Below are positions 37,710-47,702 of a stretch of 64,000 nucleotides of DNA, in pieces. This DNA comes from an uncultured Methanosarcinales archaeon (GTDB lineage: Archaea; Nanobdellota; Nanobdellia; Woesearchaeales; GW2011-AR9). The stretch spans positions 4,923 to 68,922 of the forward strand of contig CAZCGN010000002.1 in assembly GCA_964498285.1 (NCBI GenBank). The letters run 5' to 3'. Both the position numbers and the translations under genes were made by a program. The notes below the pieces were generated by a model, which worked only from the letters and a program-made list of their open reading frames with translations, had not been told where the DNA came from and did no database searches. Numbering within the stretch: the stretch's first letter is position 1; each line of letters begins with the position of its first letter.

Positions 37710-37724
37710 CTTAAGAAATATAAG
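37710..37724. promoter_or_regulatory. putative operator CTTAAGAAATATAAG
   Basis: CTTA-N7-TAAG palindrome in the divergent intergenic region, followed by further TATAAG copies. Confidence 0.5.
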
Positions 37725-37797
37725 GATAATATATAAGTAGCAAATAATATAAGATAAAAGTAAGGTTTATAAGAAATAGGGCCTTTTGGATACAAGA

Positions 37798-38763
37798 ATG
37801 AAACGTAAAATCATACAGCTTGGAAAAGCAACCTATGTGGCTTCACTTCCTTCAAAATGGATACGGGAGTTTCACTTAACAAAAGGCGATTATTTAGAGG
37901 TTGAACAAAAAGAGCATAGGCTTATAATTTCAACAAAGAAAGAAACTCCAACTCAAGAAGTCGTCCTTGATTTACGCAAAATTAACACGCGTCTTATTGC
38001 AACATTTATTCAAAGTTTTTATCTTATTGGGTATGACAAAATTATTTTAACACATGAGCCGACATTAATTGAGTACAAAACGAAAAAACCCATTAGAACA
38101 GCATCTTTCTTACAGGATCTTATTAACAAACGATTTATTGGTGCTGAGATTGTTGAGCAGAGTGATACACGAACAGTTGTAATGGATCTTGGAGGAATAA
38201 CTGAACAAACAAGTGAGCAGGTATTTAACAGGGTAATTTTTCTTATTAAAACCCTTACACGCGATTCTTTTGATGCCATCAAAAATAAGGATGAAGAAAC
38301 GTTGTTAGGAATTAAACTTCGGCAAGATAACATTAGCAGGTTTCTTATGCACTTTCAAAGGGTTGTTGCCAAAACTCGAAAAGAGGATTCTACTCGCTAC
38401 GCTCTTTTAGCACAATTAATTTCTCAGCTTAAGCTTGTGAGTGGAACGTACAGGCATATAGCGCAGCTTGCCCTTGAAAAAAAGCAAGATTTTACAAAAA
38501 AATCATTAGGCCTTTTCCTGCAAGTAACAGAATCGTTAGATGTTGCACTCACACTTTGTCTTTCATATAATCAAGAAAAAGCCGTAGGCCTTATTGAGAG
38601 AAGAGAGAAATTATGGAAACAGATGAGCGATGAGAAAAACTCTTTTGCAACAAATGATTTACTACTGTTTGCACATTTTGGAGAACTCATGTTTGCCATG
38701 TATTCAATCCTCAAATTTACGTTTACTCTAGGACAGATTGATACGCTTCTTGAGAAGAAATAA
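37798..38763 (+). CDS. AbrB-PhoU family regulator (paralog 2)
   Basis: MKRKIIQLGKATYVASLPSKW, GYDKI, IGAEIVEQ. Confidence 0.88.
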   Translation: MKRKIIQLGKATYVASLPSKWIREFHLTKGDYLEVEQKEHRLIISTKKETPTQEVVLDLRKINTRLIATFIQSFYLIGYDKIILTHEPTLIEYKTKKPIRTASFLQDLINKRFIGAEIVEQSDTRTVVMDLGGITEQTSEQVFNRVIFLIKTLTRDSFDAIKNKDEETLLGIKLRQDNISRFLMHFQRVVAKTRKEDSTRYALLAQLISQLKLVSGTYRHIAQLALEKKQDFTKKSLGLFLQVTESLDVALTLCLSYNQEKAVGLIERREKLWKQMSDEKNSFATNDLLLFAHFGELMFAMYSILKFTFTLGQIDTLLEKK

Positions 38764-39208
38764 GATCCTGAAGAATTCCTTGTGTTTCATCATAGTTTGT
38801 AAGACTAACACCTATGGTTGCAAGGTACTTGCCAATCTGCCTGTTTTCTTCATCAATATCTTTTCGCCCCTTCATTCTAAGCCCATATTTTACAATGGCA
38901 ACACCAAGTGTTTGCACACGGTCTAAGCCTAATGTTTGCCCAATTGTAAAAACGACTTCAAGAAGATCTCTTTGAGGGAGAGTAATTGCATTATACGTAA
39001 CATCTGCTAATTCTGAGGCGGTATGTAATGGATCTTGCAAGGTAAGTGCCTGTTCTAATTCACCAATTTCACCTGAATCAGTGTTAAAAAGTTGATCAAA
39101 CCTCTGCTGTGTGCTTAAAGTTACACCCGCACCACGGCGAATAAGATCGATTTCGCCCCTAAGGGCATGAAGGTGTTCTTCTGCTTGATACTCAGTTGGC
39201 TGTTGCAT
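38723..39208 (-). CDS. MazG-like all-alpha NTP pyrophosphohydrolase
   Basis: EIGELEQAL..ELADVTY (ExxE..ExxD); KY..R motif. Confidence 0.7.
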   Translation of the reverse strand: MQQPTEYQAEEHLHALRGEIDLIRRGAGVTLSTQQRFDQLFNTDSGEIGELEQALTLQDPLHTASELADVTYNAITLPQRDLLEVVFTIGQTLGLDRVQTLGVAIVKYGLRMKGRKDIDEENRQIGKYLATIGVSLTNYDETQGILQDLISSQEAYQSVLE

Positions 39209-39245
39209 TTTAGATATTTAGATTCTTTTAATCTTAATTCTACTT

Positions 39246-39260
39246 CTTAAGAAACATAAG
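39246..39260. promoter_or_regulatory. putative operator CTTAAGAAACATAAG
   Basis: 14/15 identical to 37710-37724; ~38 nt upstream of the MazG-like start. Confidence 0.5.
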
Positions 39261-39331
39261 TCACTTCATTTTTATTACTTTTGGGTGAAAATAAAGAATT
39301 TGTACAAATTGAAGAACACAAAAGAAAAATA

Positions 39332-39658
39332 TTATCCAAGAAGTTCAGCGATCTTTGCTTTAAGTGCTGATTTTGGGTGAAACCCAACAATACGTCCGGC
39401 TTCCTTTCCATCTTTGAATAGAATCAAACATGGAATTCCCGAAACATTATTTGCGCCTGCAACTTGCGGAAAATCTTCTGTTGAAATTTTTGCAAACTCT
39501 AGCGTTCCAGCAAATTCAGCATCTTTGCTTACTTCATCTAAGATAGGTGCAAGTGCTTTACAAGGGCCACACCAACTTGCCCAAAAATCAACGAGTGTTG
39601 TTTTTTTCCCTTCAATAATATCTGATTGTAATTGATCTTCTGTTAATTCTCGTACCAT
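39332..39658 (-). CDS. trxA: thioredoxin
   Basis: DFWASWCGPC, GIP; SD GGAGG. Confidence 0.95.
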   Translation of the reverse strand: MVRELTEDQLQSDIIEGKKTTLVDFWASWCGPCKALAPILDEVSKDAEFAGTLEFAKISTEDFPQVAGANNVSGIPCLILFKDGKEAGRIVGFHPKSALKAKIAELLG

Positions 39659-39787
39659 TATAGTTTCCTCCTGTATCTGGGAGTTTTGGCAATATTCTTC
39701 TATTTAAGTCTTTGGGATGAAGAGTTCAAGTTGGTGATTAACAAAAAGCTTTATATAGCCTGTTTCTCTTCTTAAAACAGTTTTTAG

Positions 39788-40993
39788 GTGGTGGTGAAGA
39801 TAAAATTCAAATCAAAAGTATGGGTTGTTCTTTGTATTTTTGTAGTTCTATTGTTTCTCCCTACTGCATTTGCAGCCGTTGATCTGCCTGACCCGATAGT
39901 TTCTGTTGGCGATCCTGCAAAACTTGGGTGTGTCTATTACTTTTATGGTGATGAGTGTCCAGGTTGTGAACAAACTAATCTATTTATGGAATCTATTCAA
40001 AATAGATATCCTTCTATTACACTTGAAAGTTTTGAAGTGTATTATGATCATGAAAATTTAGCACTTTTAGAAAGTTTGTTTGAATCATACCAAGTACCAG
40101 ATTCAGCACGAGGTATTCCGGCAGTATTTCTTGCACGAACATATTTTGTTGGTGAACAGTCGGTAACCTCATTTCTTGATGAGCAGCTTCGAAATAGTCC
40201 TCGCCTGGATTGTCCTACTCCAGCGTTAGAAGAAGTAATTGGAATTATCGGCTCGTCTGATCCGACTGATGTTATTAAAACGATTGGTGTTCTAGGACTT
40301 ACTGGTTCAGCCTTTCGCAATTCTTTGTCAGCGTGTGGTATTGGCATGATACTTGTTTTCTTGCTTCTTCTTATGCTTTTTTTAGAGGGTGATACTGGAA
40401 AAGAATTTAACTTAGCAGAGAGACGTGAAGAACTTCTTCGCAAAACTGTTGTCTTTTTAGTAGGAATTTTTGTTGTTGTGCTTCTTTTAGCATTTGGTGT
40501 TTTACCACTGCAAGCATTCATGAAAGTAACACCAGTAATCACAGTTATTGTATCGATCCTCGCAATCCTTATAGGAATTATTTTTATCAAACACTTTTTA
40601 GTGGCAGGCCATATTATTCCGCGTAACTATCTAAAACGCATAATCCCGTCGTATCATAAATTCATGTCGTACTGTAAACATTCTGCCGGTTTTTTAACAA
40701 TGGGAATTTTAAGTGCATTACTCTTAACTGCTTGTTGGGGATGGAAATACAGAGTTGTACTAACACTTCTTTCTGATCCGGTGGTTAGATGGCGCGCATT
40801 CCCACTCTTTTTATGGCACTCAGTTGTTGTTCTCATTCCGCTTGGGATTATTGCATTCATCTTATATTGGAGATTAGAAAAACTTGAACATTTAAAACAT
40901 GCAGAAGTTCAGTTGCATCACTTTAAGATTCTACGGTTCGTGATTGCGTGTGTGTTGGTTGTGTTAGGTATCTTGACATTGTTTTTGGTATGA
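39788..40993 (+). CDS. exported thioredoxin-fold domain fused to a CcdA/DsbD-like membrane domain
   Basis: Signal peptide, FYGDECPGC, GIPAVF, then ~6 TM with Cys in SACG and TACW. Confidence 0.8.
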   Translation: MVVKIKFKSKVWVVLCIFVVLLFLPTAFAAVDLPDPIVSVGDPAKLGCVYYFYGDECPGCEQTNLFMESIQNRYPSITLESFEVYYDHENLALLESLFESYQVPDSARGIPAVFLARTYFVGEQSVTSFLDEQLRNSPRLDCPTPALEEVIGIIGSSDPTDVIKTIGVLGLTGSAFRNSLSACGIGMILVFLLLLMLFLEGDTGKEFNLAERREELLRKTVVFLVGIFVVVLLLAFGVLPLQAFMKVTPVITVIVSILAILIGIIFIKHFLVAGHIIPRNYLKRIIPSYHKFMSYCKHSAGFLTMGILSALLLTACWGWKYRVVLTLLSDPVVRWRAFPLFLWHSVVVLIPLGIIAFILYWRLEKLEHLKHAEVQLHHFKILRFVIACVLVVLGILTLFLV

Positions 40994-41044
40994 GTTTACA
41001 GAAAAGGCGAACATTTTTAACCTCCTTTTTCTTATAGGCTGTCT

Positions 41045-41683
41045 ATGAAATCCCGAAAAGAAGTTCTTACAGTCCTTGATATTCTTAGACAAACGCACGA
41101 GCCAACAATGCTTGAAGCATATGGTCATTTAGAACCATACAAATTAGTGATTATGACGCTGCTTTCAGCAAGAGCAAAAGATAGCACAACAATTCCTGTA
41201 GCACTTGGACTGTTTGAGAGTTATCCTACGCTTGAAAGTTTAGCTGCAGCAGATATCAACGATATTGAAAGGCACATCTTTAAGATAGGCTTCTATAGAG
41301 CAAAAGCACGATATGTAAAGGAGTTATGTAATCAACTTCTTGAACGATTTGGTGGGGTTGTTCCACAAACACTTGAAGAATTAACCTCACTTCCTGGAGT
41401 TGGACGTAAAACAGCGAATTGTGTTTTGGCCTACGCGTTTTCAAAACCAGCGATCGCTGTTGATATTCATGTACATAGGATAACTAATTCAGGAAGATTG
41501 GCATGGATCAATACCAAAACTGTTGAAGAGAGTGAAAAGGCTCTATGCAAGCTTCTACCAAAAGATAGATGGATTGATATTAACCAACTTATTGTTGATC
41601 ATGGTCAACGTATATGCTTGCCTGTAAGACCAAAATGTTCAGGGTGTTCAATTGTAAAATACTGTCAGTTTGAGAAACGCTAA
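41045..41683 (+). CDS. nth: endonuclease III
   Basis: LLSAR, LPGVGRKTAN HhH, AVDIHVHR, C-x6-C-x2-C-x5-C. Confidence 0.95.
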   Translation: MKSRKEVLTVLDILRQTHEPTMLEAYGHLEPYKLVIMTLLSARAKDSTTIPVALGLFESYPTLESLAAADINDIERHIFKIGFYRAKARYVKELCNQLLERFGGVVPQTLEELTSLPGVGRKTANCVLAYAFSKPAIAVDIHVHRITNSGRLAWINTKTVEESEKALCKLLPKDRWIDINQLIVDHGQRICLPVRPKCSGCSIVKYCQFEKR

Positions 41684-41839
41684 ATTCTAAGTAGTTTTAG
41701 GTGATTGTAACCATTTTTGAGTCCTAAATTGGTTAACGATGCTCTATCAAGTGTTAAAAAGTGTTAGTGGGCAGTATCGATCTTATCCATGTGAAATTGT
41801 ACCAGTAAATTTATAAATAAAACACAAAAGCCTCATAAT

Positions 41840-43903
41840 ATGACACTTGAAAAAGCATTAGCAGCAGCATTATTGGCAGGTGTAGCAGTAGCACCAAATG
41901 TAGCTAATGCATGGGATACTTCATATGCAGATTCAGAATTAAAGAAATCAAGAGATTCTGGCGAGCCATACAAAGTAGTACCATGGCAGCCAGCAATCTT
42001 AGTAGATCAGGATGGCAAGGCGACTGTTCGTGTTACCAATGGAGATGTTATGGGGGCTTCCCGTGATTTTGAATTTTGGGGCGAAGAACTTGCTGAAAAA
42101 TTAGATGAACTCAACTGTACAGGGCCTATCTTTGGTGATGAAAAAGATGGTGAAAGTCATAGAGTTAACGAGCTTAATGTTACTGATCAAGGGGGGGATG
42201 GAAGGTTCAGAGAAGGCTTCCCAGACTTGGTTGTGGAACAAGGCGAAAGCGGAACAAGTATATTTTTTCCAGATACCGCTTCTTTAGTAGGTACAATTGC
42301 ATGGTATAAACACTGGACTGGCGCTTTTAGTAGTGCGGATTCATGTGAGGATCTTGCAAGACCCTCTCGAATCACAAGGAATGGAACTCTTAAGAGTTAT
42401 GGTAATGGTACTGGCGGCGTTGCGTTGAATGGAGCAGAAGAAGGCACAGATTTTGTGTATGTGCAGCCCGTAGGCGCACCTTTCTGGATGGCAGGAACTG
42501 GCTCACATAGTTTTGAGAGATATGTCCAATCACATTTTGGAACATTTGGTGTTACTGACACGGATTATCTCTTTAGTTTTGAGAGAGATCTTTCTGATGA
42601 ACCAGTTAATGGTGTTGTAAGAGATGGTACTGAAGATACCTTTGGGGACACGCGCAATCCTGCAGATTATGCAACACCTGAAGAAGAAGATGAACCAGAA
42701 GTAGAGTTGGGTACAAGTTCATTGGCTCAAGAGGCAAGAGATCCAACTGATGAAGAAATCTTTGGTTCAAGAGGATCTGATATTGAAGGATGGGGTGCGG
42801 CTTTAGGTGAGGTTGAAGAAGCTGATGATGAGGAACCAGAAAGGGCAGCACCTGCTCCTGAAGGAGCAAGAAGAGAGGAAGCTGTTACTGTACACGATGA
42901 TGGAAGAAGTACTTCTACAAGAAGAAGACTCGTAGCAGACCCAAATCTTCCTGATTTAAATGGTTGGAAATTATATGATTTAGATTTACGTGATACAACA
43001 GTAGGACATCTACCCCTTGCTGATTTAATTTGTGAGGGAACTCAAGGACTTATGACTCCTGGTTCAAACGGGCGGTGGAGAGCGAGCGTTCAGACAATTG
43101 CAAATGAAGGTTCAAGTAGATCTCCTGCGTACGCTGCACTCGGACGAGTTGTTGGCGAAGGAACTCATCCTGTGTGTGACTCTTGGAGTGATCAACAAGA
43201 GATTATTGCGCTTAATAGAGGAGCCTTTGGATTTGGTAATAAAGGAACAGCTGATGCAAACGGAAATTTAGCAGAGAAACTTAACGAAATGAGAAAAATC
43301 TATCTGCCAGAAGATATGATTCCAGGCGATGGAGGAACACTTCTTAATGTTGAAGAAATTAATGAAAATATGCCTGCTGATTCCTTGTTTAACTTAGAGA
43401 CTAATTCGGACGGAGTTGCATACTTAGTTCCTAGTGCTCTTCAAAGGAAACGATCATTAGAATTAGTTGTTGATAACACAACTAGTGACAGTGGAAATGA
43501 TGATTATCACAACTATATTCGTTCTGAAGGTGCAAAAATTCAAGCAGCGTTTGAAGCAACAACTGAAAACAGTTATACTAATTGGGCAAGAGGAAACCTT
43601 TCAACAAACGATCAAGAAATTGGTCGTGAGGCACAAGCACTTGTTGCTGCACAATTTTATTTGGAAAACGCAGCTTCCATGTCACATGGCGATATTGTAA
43701 GAGCGCTCGAAGAGAAAATGGACTACGGTGTGTCTTCTTCAACTGTTCGAAGGAGAATTAAAGATGGACTTAATGAACTTCTAGAACTTGAAGGCCCAAG
43801 CAAGGTGCGAACAATGCATGAAGCAAGTGAAGTTGCAAGTTTGTATAAAATGGATCAAGAAGAACAAGAAGCGCCTTCTGAGACCTCACAAGCAGCAGCA
43901 TAG
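41840..43903 (+). CDS. acidic secreted hypothetical protein with a C-terminal HTH-like motif
   Basis: Signal peptide MTLEKALAAALLAGVAVAPNVANA; acidic linker; C-terminal GDIVRALEEKMDYGVSSSTVRRRIK. Confidence 0.75.
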   Translation: MTLEKALAAALLAGVAVAPNVANAWDTSYADSELKKSRDSGEPYKVVPWQPAILVDQDGKATVRVTNGDVMGASRDFEFWGEELAEKLDELNCTGPIFGDEKDGESHRVNELNVTDQGGDGRFREGFPDLVVEQGESGTSIFFPDTASLVGTIAWYKHWTGAFSSADSCEDLARPSRITRNGTLKSYGNGTGGVALNGAEEGTDFVYVQPVGAPFWMAGTGSHSFERYVQSHFGTFGVTDTDYLFSFERDLSDEPVNGVVRDGTEDTFGDTRNPADYATPEEEDEPEVELGTSSLAQEARDPTDEEIFGSRGSDIEGWGAALGEVEEADDEEPERAAPAPEGARREEAVTVHDDGRSTSTRRRLVADPNLPDLNGWKLYDLDLRDTTVGHLPLADLICEGTQGLMTPGSNGRWRASVQTIANEGSSRSPAYAALGRVVGEGTHPVCDSWSDQQEIIALNRGAFGFGNKGTADANGNLAEKLNEMRKIYLPEDMIPGDGGTLLNVEEINENMPADSLFNLETNSDGVAYLVPSALQRKRSLELVVDNTTSDSGNDDYHNYIRSEGAKIQAAFEATTENSYTNWARGNLSTNDQEIGREAQALVAAQFYLENAASMSHGDIVRALEEKMDYGVSSSTVRRRIKDGLNELLELEGPSKVRTMHEASEVASLYKMDQEEQEAPSETSQAAA

Positions 43904-43964
43904 GATCACTGGCCAGTAGTTACTTTTAGAAAGTTTTATAAATAGCTGATCTATTTTCTTTGGT

Positions 43965-44456
43965 ATGAAGGAATATTTGGATAAAAATGGTATAGGGGTT
44001 GAAGTTCTTGCAGCAAATTCAGTTGCATTAGATACTGCAGCATTTTTACACAAGAGTTATGATCTTACATCAAGATTAGTTGTTGAGTCTGGAGGTGTTG
44101 TTTTGGAAACCTCCGGGCAGGAAGCAAGTTCTCTTCGTGCCGCTCAGCATTTTGTTCTCGGAGGTTCTAATGGATACGAATCTCAACCTAAACTACGTGA
44201 TCTTTTAGAGAGGAATGAGGCTACCGTTCAATCTTCAGATCTAAATGGAGCTGATGGCGAACCAATCGGTTTGCAAGTAGTTGTTAGTTCACAAGAGTAT
44301 GGCGCTGCGACTGTAAGGTTATATCATGGTGCAGAAGTTGAGATTGATGATGCATCAGTTCTTGCATTTATGGAAGATTTAGAAGGCCTTTTTGGTGCAG
44401 GTGGACCGGACGATGGTCTTTTAGCTCAAATGGCTGGACTTGGATTAAATATTTAG
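43965..44456 (+). CDS. acidic hypothetical protein
   Basis: ORF with TTTATAAA ~22 nt upstream. Confidence 0.65.
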   Translation: MKEYLDKNGIGVEVLAANSVALDTAAFLHKSYDLTSRLVVESGGVVLETSGQEASSLRAAQHFVLGGSNGYESQPKLRDLLERNEATVQSSDLNGADGEPIGLQVVVSSQEYGAATVRLYHGAEVEIDDASVLAFMEDLEGLFGAGGPDDGLLAQMAGLGLNI

Positions 44457-44520
44457 ATATTATTCGGTGTGAAGTTCATCACCACAGATTCTTATTAAGA
44501 CGTTTTTCTTCTGTTGTTCT

Positions 44521-45153
44521 ATGGGAGCAGCACGTGCATTAGGTTATGAATTAGATTCAAACAATATCACATGGCTTGATTTGGAGATGACAGGTCTAAA
44601 TCCTGAAACAAAATCTCATCAAAAAAAAGACAGAATTTTAGAAGCAGCAGTTATTATTACAACTCCCGATTTAGAAATTTTACATGAGGCTGGTCCGTTT
44701 TACGTTCACCAACCTGAACATGTTCTTGCAGATATGAATGCTTGGTGTAGAAGACACCATTTCGCTTCAGGCCTTGTTGCAAAAGTGCGCGCTTCAAAAA
44801 TGCGTGAAGAAGAAGTTGAGGGCAGGCTCCTTGAGAGTATCGGTCAATATGTGCCACTCCCAGGTTCTGGTTCTTTCGGGCAAGAAGCTCGTTTAGCTGG
44901 AAACAGTATAGCACAGGATAGACGATTTATCAGGGAGTACATGCCTCGACTTGATGCAATTTTTAGTTACCGCATGCTTGATGTATCATCGTTCAAAATT
45001 GCACGAGAAATGTGGTTCCCTCACATTCCTGAATTTGAAAAGAAACTTACTCACAGAGCGCTTGATGATATTCGTGAATCAATTGCTGAGATGAAATATT
45101 ACAAAGAAAGAATTCTTCTTCCTTCACACAAAGTTTTATATGCTAGCTTTTGA
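44521..45153 (+). CDS. orn: oligoribonuclease (copy 1)
   Basis: WLDLEMTGL, WC..HH..SGL, GNSIAQDRRF, YRMLDVSS, HRALDDIRESI (DEDDh). Confidence 0.92.
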   Translation: MGAARALGYELDSNNITWLDLEMTGLNPETKSHQKKDRILEAAVIITTPDLEILHEAGPFYVHQPEHVLADMNAWCRRHHFASGLVAKVRASKMREEEVEGRLLESIGQYVPLPGSGSFGQEARLAGNSIAQDRRFIREYMPRLDAIFSYRMLDVSSFKIAREMWFPHIPEFEKKLTHRALDDIRESIAEMKYYKERILLPSHKVLYASF

Positions 45154-45165
45154 ATTATCTTGTTT

Positions 45166-45705
45166 ATGAAGCAGAAAAGTGAGAATCTTGTATGGATTGA
45201 TCTTGAGATGACTGGTCTTAATGTTGATAGTGATACGATAATTGAAATTGCAACAATTGTAACAGATGATAAACTAAACATTGTTGCAGAAGGTCCTCGA
45301 CTTGTCATTCATCAACCTGATGCTGTTCTTGATAATATGAATGAGTGGTGTATAACACATCATGCTAACTCTGGTTTAACACAAGAAGTTAAGGAAAGTA
45401 CAACAACAATGCACGAAGCTGAAGAAAAAACGTTAGCATTTTTAAAAGAACATTGCATTGAAAATACATCTCCTTTGTGTGGGAATTCCGTTCATTTTGA
45501 CAGAATCTTTTTACAAAAGTATATGCCCAAAATAGTTGAATTTTTACATTACAGAATACTTGATGTTACAACAATTAAGAGGTTGAAGCGGATGTGGTAT
45601 CCTTCTGTTCCATTTCCCTCTAAAAAAGAAGCTCACAGAGCGCTTGATGATATTAAAGAATCAATTGATGAGCTTAAATATTACAAAGAGAAATTGTTCA
45701 AATAG
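45166..45705 (+). CDS. orn: oligoribonuclease (copy 2)
   Basis: WIDLEMTGL, WC..HH..SGL, CGNSVHFDR, HYRILDV, HRALDDIKESI. Confidence 0.95.
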   Translation: MKQKSENLVWIDLEMTGLNVDSDTIIEIATIVTDDKLNIVAEGPRLVIHQPDAVLDNMNEWCITHHANSGLTQEVKESTTTMHEAEEKTLAFLKEHCIENTSPLCGNSVHFDRIFLQKYMPKIVEFLHYRILDVTTIKRLKRMWYPSVPFPSKKEAHRALDDIKESIDELKYYKEKLFK

Positions 45706-45723
45706 AGCATTTTGATTATGATC

Positions 45724-46662
45724 TTAAGACATATATCCTTGTTGAAATCCTCTCCCAAAAGCTTTTGTTAAAGGATTTCCAAAGTTGTAGGCAAGAAAAC
45801 TGAGACCTTCTGTGACGAAATCAAAGTCACGCCCAATTATATCTTCAGGATCTGTAGCTTCAAGAATAGGCCTGTATTCTTCAACGATACGTGCTCTAAG
45901 CTCTGGCGAATCTCTCTGAAATTGAAGTCTCATATTTACTTGAGGGAGTGTACGTGCAAAATCAAATACCTCTTCATCAGTAAAATTTGGATGGTTTTCT
46001 AGTGTGAGAGCAACACCATAATCAAAAAGTGTTACTCTTCCTTGAGGTCCAACCATTATATGAGATCTTCTCATATCATCACTTACGGTTGTGTCATTGT
46101 AATAAATTCCTCTTTCATGAAGCCTAGATAATACTTGCCCAAAATCCCTGCCGATTTTTTCAACGTTTGAAGTTATTCTCAAAGCAGGAGGAAGAAATGT
46201 AAGAAGCGTTCCTTCAAGAAGTTCTTCAGTAAGAAACAGATCCAAACTTTCAAATTGTTTTGGACCAACACCCAGGCTTGCAGCTTCTTGTGCAATTACA
46301 GCTTCTCTTGAACTCTGATAGGGCTTAATAACAAAGTTTCCTTCAGGATGTCTGAAAAGTACAACTGTTCCTCGGTTTCCTCTATCAAAAGAGATTTGTG
46401 GTGAGGTTTCACTTCCATATACTAATGGAAATGCTTTAGGAAAGAACCCAAAACCAAAGAAATCTTTAACTCTTCCATCCCTCTCAATTTTTTCAAAAAG
46501 ATCAGGATTTGTGGCAAGAAAGCCTCCAAATGGTCCAAGATGGGGTTTTTCTGAAAATATAATTTGGAGCCGATCAATGATTGGAGCTGCCTGTTCTTCT
46601 GTAAGCACGGTTTTTCCAGAGAGCATATCTCTGATTTCCCGAATTTCATCATCAGCATACAT
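45724..46662 (-). CDS. atypical kinase (Bud32/RIO/Kdo-like)
   Basis: FVIKP..RE, GVGPK, EELLEG, LHERGIYYND, LFDYG. Confidence 0.75.
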   Translation of the reverse strand: MYADDEIREIRDMLSGKTVLTEEQAAPIIDRLQIIFSEKPHLGPFGGFLATNPDLFEKIERDGRVKDFFGFGFFPKAFPLVYGSETSPQISFDRGNRGTVVLFRHPEGNFVIKPYQSSREAVIAQEAASLGVGPKQFESLDLFLTEELLEGTLLTFLPPALRITSNVEKIGRDFGQVLSRLHERGIYYNDTTVSDDMRRSHIMVGPQGRVTLFDYGVALTLENHPNFTDEEVFDFARTLPQVNMRLQFQRDSPELRARIVEEYRPILEATDPEDIIGRDFDFVTEGLSFLAYNFGNPLTKAFGRGFQQGYMS

Positions 46663-46752
46663 GGTGTAATCTCTTTTGAGTAGTGATTTATAAACCTTTA
46701 GCTTTTTTTAAGCATACAAATACATTTAAACGATTCTTTTCTTCAGTGTATT

Positions 46753-47700
46753 ATGCTTAATAAAGTAAGTAGTCATTTGCACAAACTATTAGATTCTTTC
46801 TCTTGCGAAGATAGTCTCTTGTTTCAGAATAAGCAATTACAAATAGATAAAAGGAACTTCAGAGAAATTGTAAAAAACGAAGACTCAACCATCTCCTTTA
46901 TTGATGGTGGCCAGGCAACAATATTCAATTCTGGTAATATCTGTGTGACATTTGTCCAAATTGTTGCTGTTAAATTTAGGGGCCTTACAAAAGTTTCAAC
47001 AACAAAATACGAGTTCTATGTTGTCACACATTCACAGATGCAAAGTGATGATGTTGAATATGTTTCGCATCTCTTTTCACAAGAAGGAGAATTACTATGT
47101 AATCCAGATGACCTTCAAATTTCATCAACGGATCAAACTATACGAAATGGACTTGAACGTGCACCGATTGAGAAGGTTGCAAACATGGCAAGACGATTTG
47201 CAGAACTTGCGCTTGCACGAAAAGAAGCAGAAACAAGTGAATGTGTTTTATTAGATGGAACACTTGAAGCTGTGTTTAGAGATGAAGAAAAATTCATCAA
47301 AGGGCTACCTTCGAATGTGTGCGCGCTTGCAAAAACATGTTCTTTAATTACTACAAATGGCAATAATCCGACACATCTACTCTCAAAGATAGCGCCAGAA
47401 AGTGTTTGGTTCTATACGTTAACTGAAAAAACATTTTTTGTTAAGCTGCACGCTGGCGCAAAACATGTGTTTCGGTTTGAAGGAGATTCTTCTGTCCTTT
47501 CATCCTTGGTTGAACATTCATCCGATTCACTATTTCTTGGCTATCCTTATGGTCTTATTTTTGTTGATAGGCTTGCACGGATTTCGAATAAAGAAAAAGA
47601 TTCTTTACGCATGCAGTTTTTATTGCGCAAAGAAAACAAGAAAATTAGAGAGTATTTGAGTGCAACTAATGCGCATGAGATATTAGATTCTATTGGATAA
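46753..47700 (+). CDS. nurA: NurA 5'-3' nuclease
   Basis: FIDGG, RFAEL, LLDGTL, AKT, GYPYGL..VDRLARI. Confidence 0.85.
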   Translation: MLNKVSSHLHKLLDSFSCEDSLLFQNKQLQIDKRNFREIVKNEDSTISFIDGGQATIFNSGNICVTFVQIVAVKFRGLTKVSTTKYEFYVVTHSQMQSDDVEYVSHLFSQEGELLCNPDDLQISSTDQTIRNGLERAPIEKVANMARRFAELALARKEAETSECVLLDGTLEAVFRDEEKFIKGLPSNVCALAKTCSLITTNGNNPTHLLSKIAPESVWFYTLTEKTFFVKLHAGAKHVFRFEGDSSVLSSLVEHSSDSLFLGYPYGLIFVDRLARISNKEKDSLRMQFLLRKENKKIREYLSATNAHEILDSIG

Positions 47701-47702
47701 AG

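Noticed and set aside
37607-37795. 62-aa minus-strand ORF
   Set aside because: Low-complexity AT-rich sequence over a divergent promoter region; more likely regulatory DNA
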